From NCBI RefSeq assembly GCF_025526975.1, contig NW_026515703.1, forward strand, positions 248,001-310,279: a DNA stretch of 62,279 bases, read 5' to 3'. The notes beneath the pieces are model-generated. The model did no database searches. It was not told the DNA's origin and saw only the letters and a program-made list of their open reading frames with translations. Shown here piece after piece: positions 40,301 through 49,796 of the stretch (its first letter is position 1; every line of letters begins with the position of its first letter). This stretch comes from Fimicolochytrium jonesii. Lineage: Eukaryota. Both the position numbers and the translations under genes were made by a program.

Positions 40301-40770
40301 TGCGGCATTGCAGAACTTCCAATAACTGCTGGTTTCTTCAACTCCTTGGACTTATGTCTTCGTCTGGAAGATTGAACTACCGGCAGGAGAACCCGGCGAA
40401 TTTCAAACTGTAAGACACTAGGACGAGTTGATGTACCGCAGGACTCCCTCGTATACCTTCTTCCGTGCTATGCGACGGGTTTCAGTCACCATCACCTCCC
40501 GCGGGGGAACAGGCGTAATGCACAGCATAGTACTAGGCGAGAGAGTCCTCCCATGGGTTGGCATACATGGTTCCGATGCATACAATACCCTCTCCTTGAG
40601 TATGCCAAATGTAACTCAAGGAGGTTTATTGACCAATACAGAACAATATACGCCGATAGCTCCGCGAGCACATCTATTGACATTCGCGAGACTTAGCGTC
40701 CATACTCAAACTCAAGTTCTAAATTAATCTACACGTCGTAAAGTATTGCTTGTTGTCCATCTACGTCCGG

Positions 40771-41611
40771 CTACTCTGAACTTGGAATAGTTGAAGCGCC
40801 CGACGGTTTTGCTCGCCAAGACAGAGAAGATGCCGCGCGCGACGAGCTCATGGAGGATGATTGTGCTCTTTCGGATACAGGTGAGGACCGCACAAACGGC
40901 GGGGTCCTTTCGCTCAAAGCAAACTGCTCCTGCGCAAGCTTCATATTAATCTTCTTCCTTGCCAAACGCACTATTAGCTTCCCCTCAGTCCACGGGGACT
41001 TTTTCCCATCCAGTTTTCCAATCGCTCCGTCAGCATCCGACTTCGACGACAAGTCTACAAAGACGTAGAAGCGGTCTCCAGGTGATTCCCCTGCGGCATG
41101 CCAGGGTGAGACCATCTTTGACACTGCGACCACTTCAAATCCCTTGAAGAGCTCCTGAATCGCGCAGTCTACTGCCTTCTGTGGCGCCATCCGGGGAAGA
41201 CCGCCTACGAACAACCTCCTCCCCTCGAGTAGAGGGTCTATCGAGTGTGTTGCAGCGTCGTCTCGGTTCCATCTGTCAAAAGCGGGCTCCTGACGCACAA
41301 GCGGTTCCCGGGAGGTGCGAAAGCCCCCACCGGCGGGCTTGAAACGCAAAACATTCGACGGGCCATCCTTCTTCACCGTAGCGAAGTTGACCTTGATAGG
41401 CCTTCCCCGTAGTTCCTTCCCTCTCAACATTTCAATTGCGGGTAGCCCGGGTTCCGACCTGTCATAGGGTCCGTGGACATGGAAACGGAAGTGTGCGGAA
41501 TCCTGTGCGCTACTCGCAAGTCCGTAATTTCTCTGGCTTGAACGGCGTAGAATAGGTTGCCGACATAAAGACGAGGTCCGCCCTCTTCTTGTTGTGGTAG
41601 GTGAGTGTGCA
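40771..41611 (-). pseudogene. Two-RRM RNA-binding protein, intronless, with a frameshifting deletion in RRM1
   Basis: RLYVGNL (RNP2)...DPMTGRNPGY, then loss of the rest of RNP1 and a frame change at ~41430 to LRGRPIKVNFA. RRM2 RRLFVGGLP...FYVFVDL...AIGKLDG. Confidence 0.7.
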
Positions 41612-41758
41612 TGGCGGCTGTCGGCAGGTTAGGAGGGTTTCGTTGTTGTGGGTAGACGAGGTAGTAAGGGATCGAGAGTCTGAAAAAACGAACCAAGCTT
41701 TTTACCAGCTCAGCGCTCACATATCCTACTTACAGTACTTACGGGGCTTACGTACGTA

Positions 41759-42578
41759 CAGTCAAGTCTCAGTTGACGGAAAGGGTTTGGCCTTTCCGCC
41801 AACTGAATTTTCTGCCAACTGAACAGAGAGCGTGACTAGAAGTGGGTAACTCGCGTTAGAATTGGGTAGCTCGGGAGAACGGTCGTTCTCTTCATCCTCA
41901 CTGCCAAGATCCTTCGCAATTGCCAAACTTTTTGCCACAGAATGCAATGGCACTGTTGCCCTCTGCTACTAGAAGAGCTATGACCACTGCCGGCACGGCC
42001 AGGCGTGGTATTCACTGCCGGCACGGCCAGGCGTGATTGTTAGCTTGACTTTTGGTGGGGGTGGCATTCTGCCATTGCGGTGGCATTCTGCAAATGCTGT
42101 TTGGAAATGGCAGAAGGTTTCGCCGCACCGCAGAAGGTGGTGCGGTGGCTCCCTCCATCTCTCCTTGTCATAAAAAGGGATTGCAACTGTACAGAGAGAA
42201 CCTATGCCCAAATTTCCAAAGCTGAACAGAGGTCCTGGGTGGTGAGAACTTCCGTGACAAAAAGGTATATTGACAGCAGAAGAATACCGCTAAATGGGAG
42301 TGGGAAAAGGCTATATGACAGGGGGTATTTTGGACAGGTGTATTATGTTGGGTCCTCGTTGGCGGATTCTGGTGACGGTACTGGGAGCCACGCCAAGATT
42401 GCGGCGCTTTTTCGGAGTTCGGGAGGGCAACATGCCTGTGAAATGCTTTGAGATGGTGAAGGTTTCGAAGGCTCTACGGCACGGCTCTTTTGGGCGTGGC
42501 TGTACAGGCTGTATAGGCTGCCTCTTCCGTCAACTGAAATTTCCTTCAACTGAATTTCCGTCAACTGAGACTTGACTG
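41759..42578 (-). mobile_element. Non-autonomous Tc1/mariner(pogo)-type element (820 bp)
   Basis: Perfect 24-bp TIR CAGTCAAGTCTCAGTTGACGGAAA, TA on both flanks, repeated subterminal CAACTGA motifs, HTH-like relic NLGVAPSTVTRIRQRG on the minus strand. Confidence 0.85.
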
Positions 42579-42815
42579 TAGGTTTGCGCAGGCGCGCGTC
42601 AACAACTCCGCTGCCTTCGTCGACGCATTTCCAGACTGATTACGGCCACGCTTACCCCATATCAGCATCCATTGACGACTGCCTTGTGTCACCGCTCACC
42701 ACTCATTCGGCAGCAAAAAAACTTTTGTCGTCAACTCTCCGCTAGCAAACCAACAGCCTCAAACTCCATGAAGGGCTTTATTCTAGCCCCCGTCTTGCTC
42801 TCATTGCTGGCGCCA

Positions 42816-42833
42816 TAACCCTAACCCTAACCC
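42816..42833 (-). repeat. Interstitial telomere tract (TAACCC)3, inverted relative to the terminal telomere
   Basis: taaccctaaccctaaccc. Confidence 0.8.
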
Positions 42834-43009
42834 ATGGACAATGGACATCGAAATCGAGAATTTTCTGTATAAAGTAGGACTTTCCAGCTGCAAGGAGCCC
42901 CGCGAAACTGCTACGCCCGTGCGGCGCAGATTTCGCTAATCCCTACTTTACGACTCTTTACTGCCTCCTTGCTATCCAGAGCGCTACACGGAAAAGCCAG
43001 CGGTTTTGT

Positions 43010-43256
43010 GGTAAGGGTGCAGTTTAGTGGGCTCTCGAATTTAATGTACGCGGTTAAGGGTTCCCATTTAAAAGATATATTACTTTTCAACAAATTACCG
43101 ACCCCCCCTAACCCCCACCCTCCTTAACCCCCACCTAACCCTAACCCTAATCCTAACCAGGGGGCCGGTGACTTACCCTAACCTTAACCTAACCTTAAGT
43201 CAATTTAAGTTCACGCGTAACTTAAATTCGAAAACCCACTAAACTGCACCCTAGCC
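43010..43256. mobile_element. MITE (247 bp) of the same family as the 25977-26795 element, carrying telomere-like CCCTAA/CCTTAA repeats
   Basis: Ends GGTAAGGGTGCAGTTTAGTGGG / CCCACTAAACTGCACCCTAGCC match the Merlin-like TIR ends, including the GGTAA vs GGCTA asymmetry. Imperfect TIR of about 40 bp. Flanks gcggttttgt / gcggattgt suggest a decayed ~9-bp TSD. Confidence 0.85.
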
Positions 43257-43685
43257 GCGGATTGTCCATCATGAGGGCCTGCTACGATCAGAAGGGATGG
43301 AAGAGCCGCTTGTCATTGTACTTTTCTCATACGGGGAAACTCCTTTCCCTTCCCTCAATCATGCACACACAAAATACCGAGGCAAGCTCCGAAACGCTGT
43401 CTCGTCAATATGCCGTCAAAACCTTATCACGACAGAGCTTCATCGTGTAAGGGGTCAACAGCAAACCGCCAGGCACAAAAAGAACGGCTTTTGAGAAGTC
43501 CACATCGCAAGAATCGCAACATAATATAGTACATCGTCGGTCGGAAACAGAAAACTGTCAGTCCAGATTGTGTTGAATAATGGCATTGTAATTGCGTCTT
43601 TGACAGAAGCTTCTAATCGTCACCCCAACTTAACGGTAACGGTTCTACAGTAATCTAACATCTTTTCAATCCATTACAATACAGC

Positions 43686-44245
43686 TTAGTAGTACCATCC
43701 CTGCCCGGCGGAGCCGTTGCAATCCCAGACATTAACCGCCGTACCCGAGTCTGCGATGTTACCGTTGGTGTCGAGGCAGTAGCCGTAGCCGTTGACGAGG
43801 GAGTGGCCGGCCCAGTGCCATTTCTGGCCAACATCTGTTGTGTTACGAAGTGGGTTGTTGTGGTGATGCATGGAGCAAGGTAAGAGATAAGATGCAAGGA
43901 GAAGATTTGTGGCGGTGAGTGATGAGAGAAAGATCGCATGAAACCTAAGACAAATTACTAACTGTTGCTACATTCCCAAAGCTCAGCGGTGGTCCTTCCA
44001 GGACCATTGCCCCTGGTGTCAAGGCAGAGGCTGCCGGACACGACCCAGAAGTCCGCACCGTCTGTAATGGCCCACTGTTGGTTGTCACCACCGTTGCAGT
44101 CCCAGACCTGGAGGGCTTGACCTTGTAGCCGGTTGCCGTAGGGAACGTCAAGGCATTTGCCGAAGCTGTTCCTGAGGTTCACCATGATGCCCGCGTTGGC
44201 GCTGACCGCAAGGAGGGTGACGATGGCGAGCTTTGCGAAGAACAT
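43686..44245 (-). CDS. Secreted ricin-B (beta-trefoil) lectin; exons 44245-43963, 43834-43686
   Basis: Signal peptide MFFAKLAIVTLLAVSANA; three CLD...WDC/WEC...QxW repeats (GKCLDV..QVWDCNGGDNQQW; LCLDT..LWEC..GQKW; YCLDT..VWDCNGSAGQGW); in-phase GTTAGT..CAG intron. Confidence 0.9.
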
Positions 44246-45331
44246 TGTTGGTTTTCGGCTTATTTCAAGGGATACTGTGGGATGTCTGTCGGAAAAGGGT
44301 CCATCCCCCTTTTTATATGAATTTCACCGGCCCCTCGCTCGCATTGATGATTGCTGTGGAGCGTGGAGGGTACCATAGTCGACGGTACAGTACATGGTGG
44401 ATCATAGATGGTGGACCGTGTATCTTGACGGGTGACTTACTTAGCATAGACGGTGTTACGGATTTTGCAAGACGGAGGAGTGTTTGTTCGTGAATAGACT
44501 ACCTAAAAACGAGCGGCTAGCCGACGCCCGTTCGACGCTTCAAGTTAATCATTACCCGGCAAGCGCCAATCAGACGCCAAATGTCGGCGTCCGGTTGGCG
44601 ACTGTTTAACGCGCGATAGACTGCCTGAATGAGTTTCGCGATGAGTGCGTCTGTGCGTGCGGCTAGGCAATAATGAGGGTTGTGGACTCGGGAAAGTCGC
44701 GGGCGTTGAGCGGCTAGAAGGGGGCTGGATGAGGTGTGCGGCTCGGGAATGAGAGTTGTGGAGTCTGGACTCGGGGATACGCCTGCCTTGAAGGTTCGTT
44801 GAACGTGGTTGTACCTCTTTCTTTATTCTGATCGGTGTCCACCGTTCGTGTTGGAGGTACTGTACCACGACAAAAGTTTTCGGAATCTTCGGGGGGTTTT
44901 ATATGCGGCAATGGCATATTTTTCTATTCATGAGCCCATACGTATACAGTATTACAACCTATTCTGCACTACAACCGCTTGTGTCTCTAAACGCGGCCTG
45001 CACTTGGCCCTTTGTGGTGTGAACCTTATGATTATATGTTGCCCATACTTTCAAGTACCGATACAGTCACATGTCTTGCTGCGTTGAAGCAGTGTCTGAC
45101 CACCGCTCTATATATATCATCAAAACACAAAAAGCGGTAGCTTCGCACTGCGGAACTAGGGATCGGAGAAAGCAGTCGATCGAGAGGAGACTCTTTCCGT
45201 AATGTTACTCGGATGTAGTTCCCTCAACTCGCATGTTGCACCAACTAAAAATGGATGTATCGTACACTACAATGAGTCAGTCGATGGACCACCAACCTCC
45301 AACCGAGCCACACTACCTGCATAGGCTAATT

Positions 45332-46297
45332 TCACAGCCGGGATAAACTCTCCTTCAAGAACTCCGCAGCCAACACGTATGCCTCATCCCTGACCTCCGC
45401 CTCCCGGGTGCCATCTCGGGCTTTCTTGTCCCAAGCATGCCCCACACCTTCCAGTCTCTTAACGAGAACCTTCCGCCCACGATGGTCCTCGGTTGCTCGC
45501 TGCTCCAGCCGGTGCCCCAGTTCCTCGGCCTCCGCACACAGGAGATCCCCAGCACATGTAAGAATGAGGTAGTCCGAGTCGCTGAATCGTGTCAGGTCGG
45601 CACGGGAAGGTGAGATGAGTGGGTTGGCGAGGTCGGCTGTCACACCGGGGTATGCCTTTCCAAACAATTCAAGAATGAAAGGCGGTGTGGGATCAACGAG
45701 GTCGCCAACGGCGGTCTTGGCTTCAGGCGGGATAGATTTATCAGTAGGAGGGTAAAACGTTACCACAGCACGCGGAATCGTCAATCCCATGTCGAGCCCA
45801 AAACCACCTCCTGCGGCAGATTGTGTCCTTAAACAAACTCCAAGTGCCAAGGTTCCACCGGAACTGAAGCCGGTAACCGCGATCCTCCCGATATCATAGA
45901 CTTCGCGCCTCCCCAACACCCAACGCACCACATCCTCCACATCCTCCACGGCAGCGGGAAACGCGTCCTCGGGCGCTTTGCGATAATCCGCGTCAATTAC
46001 GACGCAACCAACATCTTCTGCCATCGATGCGCAAAACTTTGCGTCTTGCCCATGAACCGGTAGAATAAAGCCTCCTGCATGCCAGTTGATGATAACGGCA
46101 CTGGGCGCGTTGCTGTGACAGAGGATCGGAGGAGTATAGATGTGTGCTTTGATCGTCCTTGTGGGGTCGCGCGAGGGGATCTCGGTGAATGTGCGGAAGG
46201 CGCAGGGTGGAGGGCGGCTGGCTGACTTTGCGATGAAGCGAAGTAGAGTGAGGAGGAGGTAGTCGCGGAACTTGCTGCATAGGGATGATATGCTCAT
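45332..46297 (-). CDS. Alpha/beta hydrolase (hormone-sensitive-lipase/Abhydrolase_3 type esterase), intronless
   Basis: HAGGF oxyanion motif, DYRKAPEDAFPAAVED, nucleophile GFSSGG, D(LL) and GVGHAW triad residues. Confidence 0.9.
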   Translation of the reverse strand: MSISSLCSKFRDYLLLTLLRFIAKSASRPPPCAFRTFTEIPSRDPTRTIKAHIYTPPILCHSNAPSAVIINWHAGGFILPVHGQDAKFCASMAEDVGCVVIDADYRKAPEDAFPAAVEDVEDVVRWVLGRREVYDIGRIAVTGFSSGGTLALGVCLRTQSAAGGGFGLDMGLTIPRAVVTFYPPTDKSIPPEAKTAVGDLVDPTPPFILELFGKAYPGVTADLANPLISPSRADLTRFSDSDYLILTCAGDLLCAEAEELGHRLEQRATEDHRGRKVLVKRLEGVGHAWDKKARDGTREAEVRDEAYVLAAEFLKESLSRL

Positions 46298-46836
46298 GTT
46301 AGAGTGCCGCGGGATGATGCAGTGGGTTGCAGAAGCTAATGGACAAGCGGTGCTGGACCCAGTGCCAACTTTTCTTGTGCTGGCAACTTGCCACTCGCAC
46401 TCTGAAACGGCACTCCTACTTATACAGATTGTATTGCAATGGGGCGCTTGAGCGAGGCTGGGGCCTTTTGCCTTCGGTGAAAGGCCGATGAGAGGCTTTC
46501 TGGCAGTGATGTTGCATGTCGCTGCTATGCCAATCGCCAACGTGCCACGTGGATAGCCGCGTTTGACCTTCCCACGCAGCTTCCCACGGGCGCAACATTT
46601 CAACCGTTCATATTCGCCAGTTTCGACGCAGGTTTCGACGTCGCCACGGCCTTCGGCAACGGCCCATCCTCGCAGCTCCCCTCATCTCCGCACTCACCGC
46701 CGCACTCCATCCGGGAAGCATCTCCCGCTCAATAACTTCTTGGACGTTCAGAACAACCTTCGCGCTCACACCCAGCTTCGGCATATCCTCCGCAACGCAC
46801 AAGTCCGCTTCGGTCTCGCCCTGTCACTCACCCACC

Positions 46837-48129
46837 ATGGCGAGTGGAACCTTGTTGCATTTCGTTCAGAATGCAGTTTTACCCCCCATACCGCGGCACA
46901 TTACACTGTCCGGGACGTCTACCACGACGCCAACCCACCCGCTAACAGATATCAATACTCTCGAGGAGTGGTCTGATTTTTCAATTGCCGTTCTGGCAAA
47001 TCGCCCTCTCCTTGGCAGCAAGTGGTTTCAGAAGCACATTTACACCCCACGCACTCCGGTGTCATCAGAGACCAATGTGCACGCCTTTGCTGACTATACC
47101 TTGCACGAAACCTTAAGTGACGCCTTGGAGGCGCTAGGTCACTCCGGGTACAAAATCGTTGATATCACGGGCAACAACTCTGTGGTCTCAGACCCGGACA
47201 GGATACTCGAGCAAAACGGAGGAAAACCAATTTTGACCATCGAGTTCAAGACCCCGTGGGCGTTTCCCAAGCAGAACGATATTGTGACGGCATATCGAAA
47301 TTCCCACCCCAAGTCCAAAGTTCGCCGCGCGATCGACCAGATATATGGCTACATGACTTTCAACCATCATCGTTTTGGAGTTTTGACCACATACGAGGAG
47401 ACTTACTTCCTGCAGCGCAAAGGTTCGCAATTAGGCGGTCAATTGCAAATTGTAGGCCCTTTTGGCTACAACAAATCTACGCCATTCACAGTCATGGAGG
47501 CGTACGTTACGCTCCTCCTACTCGCTATGGATAAGTGGTTCTATGCGTCGCCGACCACATCGCCGTCGCCATCTCGCTTCGGGTCCCCTGCTTCGTCGCC
47601 GTCTTCCTCCCGCCTCCGGGTGTCATATACACTTACCGATGTGGAGATCGGTCGCGTGACATTTGACAAGGGCAGGGACAGAAGTCGTATGGGTGCGGTG
47701 GTGGAAGGGACTTTACGAGGAGTGAAGTGATTTTTAAAATCGTGGACGCGACCAAAAGTACTCTCTACTCGAAGGAACTTGATGACGAAGTGAACCAGTA
47801 CCGCATCCTGGCACCACTTCAGGGTGATACGATTCCCCGGTTTTTTGGATACTTTCGAGTCTGGAACATGCTCAAAATCATCGCACTCGAAGATTGCGGC
47901 ATCTCGGTGAAGAGATGGGGGCCACTTCTCAGCTGAGGGCTGATTGCGTACGTTGTCTGGACTCCCTGCACCGTGCTGGCCATATACACGGAGACGTTCG
48001 TTTGGAAAACTTTGTCTATTCTGCAACCGACGGAGTGCGAATTTGGATCTTGGATTCACGCGGGCAGGAACTCCAGCAGAAATGGAAGAGGAAGCGGAGG
48101 AGCTTATCAACGCCTTTTCTGAGTGGTAG
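46837..48129 (+). pseudogene. PD-(D/E)xK restriction-endonuclease-like domain + protein-kinase-like domain (Crinkler-effector-type architecture), frameshifted
   Basis: SDPDRIL...TIEFKTPW...IDQIYGYM...GVLTTYEETYFL. Kinase pieces in three frames (IFKIVD..EVNQY..LQGDTIPRFFG..IALEDCG; LHRAGHIHGDVRLENF; NLDLG), with shifts near 47727, 47935 and 48040. Confidence 0.75.
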
Positions 48130-49497
48130 TTGGGCCGGGGAGAAAGCGCTTGCCAAAGCTCCTATTGTTGGTTCGGGTCCTGATGACCTCGTGGCAGTGT
48201 ATCCCCCTTGCTTTGTCTCGTGCTGGTCGATGCTATCAGTTTCTTGAGTCCTGCATTTTTGGATTAGGGGCGGCTCGCTCTACGAGTGGGTCTATCGGCG
48301 TGCACGAGGAAAAGTTCGAACTATACGTAGTACGTGTTAGTTGTAAAGCTTAGTGACTCCTCCCGCACATCTTTTCACTGGCGTAACGGGCTTTTGGGAT
48401 ATCTGCTTCTCCTGCCATCTACGGGGCAGCGTGGTTTCTAAATGTCGGTTGATTTTTGCGGGAGTGCTATGGGGTTCCCGTTTACGGCCAATGAAGGATT
48501 CGTTTTCTTGTCAGGCGGCCGGGGCACACGGGGAACATAAAGGGAAGGTCTTAGATCATTCTTCGTTTTCCATCGGATGACTTAAGTCGCGTTGGCTACC
48601 GCGATTCCAGATTAGCTTCTGCTCGTTCTTCAACGAACTCAGAAACGGAACGCCTTCGCAAGTAAGGATTGGCCAGTGTCGAAACCCAATGAACGCAGGC
48701 TGATAAGATCAATTCGTCATACGCAGTGGCGCGAGGACCGACATACAACACCGCAGACTTGGCTCGGCATTACCGTCTATCCGAACCTTATGGGTTCGAT
48801 ATCGACGACGTTGACCAAATCGCATACCTATTCAATCGTTTTTACACATACCTTGGACATGATCACCATACCAGGCGGGAAGAGATCTTTGGCACTCGCC
48901 GGGAGTATCTCTACACCTCTGGCTCGGAGCCTTGGCTGACACCCGCGCACTCTTCAACCTATAATGACAAAAGAGTAGCCGTGGAGAACTCGTTCACGGT
49001 TCTGGATCGACCCGCTTTGCAGCCTACCGTGTGAATAAAAGTAGAACAAGAGTATAAGCGCGTCGCGGAAGAAGACCGCATATATTCAGGCGGGGCGAAA
49101 TGAAAAAGTCAATGGAAAGAGTATTATATGTTCGGGATTTGCGAGGCGCTTGTTTTGTAGTTTAATTCGCGACGGATGAAAGTGATAGGAACTATGGACT
49201 TTCAAAGTGGGGGGAGGATGGAGGAGATACCTGCTGAGTCTCCATGCCATGGCCAAAGATGCCATTTGGGGTTTGCACGGAGAGCAGGAACGAAGGACCT
49301 TCACTAATCGTATCTCGGACGTGCTCTTCCACACGCAGAGTCAGCATGATCCTGGAGGGCTATCCGAGCGTGAAAGAGTCTACGATAGATTTATGGTATC
49401 CAATTTTCGCCACCAGGCCGGCACCACATATGTAACGTCAGAGGAAATGAAGACGATAATGGGGATGTGTTTGGATTTTTCGAGTCCTTTGCCGTCG

Positions 49498-49640
49498 CTG
49501 AAACATCGAAAGTAACGACCGATAAGATATGGATGGTTGGCAGTCAACATCTTCACAAGAGCTAAAAGCCCCTGTTCGTGCGTAGGATATTGAGTTTCCG
49601 CGTCCTTTATTTTTCTCGACAAGAAAACCACAGGTCGTCG
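49498..49640 (-). mobile_element. Ty3/gypsy LTR-retrotransposon RNase H fragment
   Basis: RPVVFLSRKIKDAETQYPTHEQGLLALVKMLTANHPYLIGRYFRCFSD matches the gypsy RNase H pattern RPVAF.SRK....E..Y.T.E.ELLA.V.......YL.G..F...TD. Confidence 0.8.
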
Positions 49641-49652
49641 TTTAGGTAATAC

Positions 49653-49664
49653 TTAGGGTTAGGG

Positions 49665-49705
<41 letters not shown>

Positions 49706-49796
49706 GGTTAGGGTTAGGGTTAGGGTTAGGGTTAGGGTTAGGGGTTAGGGTTAGGGTTAGGGTTAGGGTTAGGGTTAGGGTTAGGGTTTAGGGTTA
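49653..49796 (+). repeat. Telomere tract T1 (TTAGGG)n, start of the terminal array
   Basis: About 24 near-perfect TTAGGG units. Confidence 0.99.

Noticed and set aside
48676..49515. Short co-oriented ORFs before the gypsy fragment
   Set aside because: Protein-like but fragmented and unassignable without a database search.
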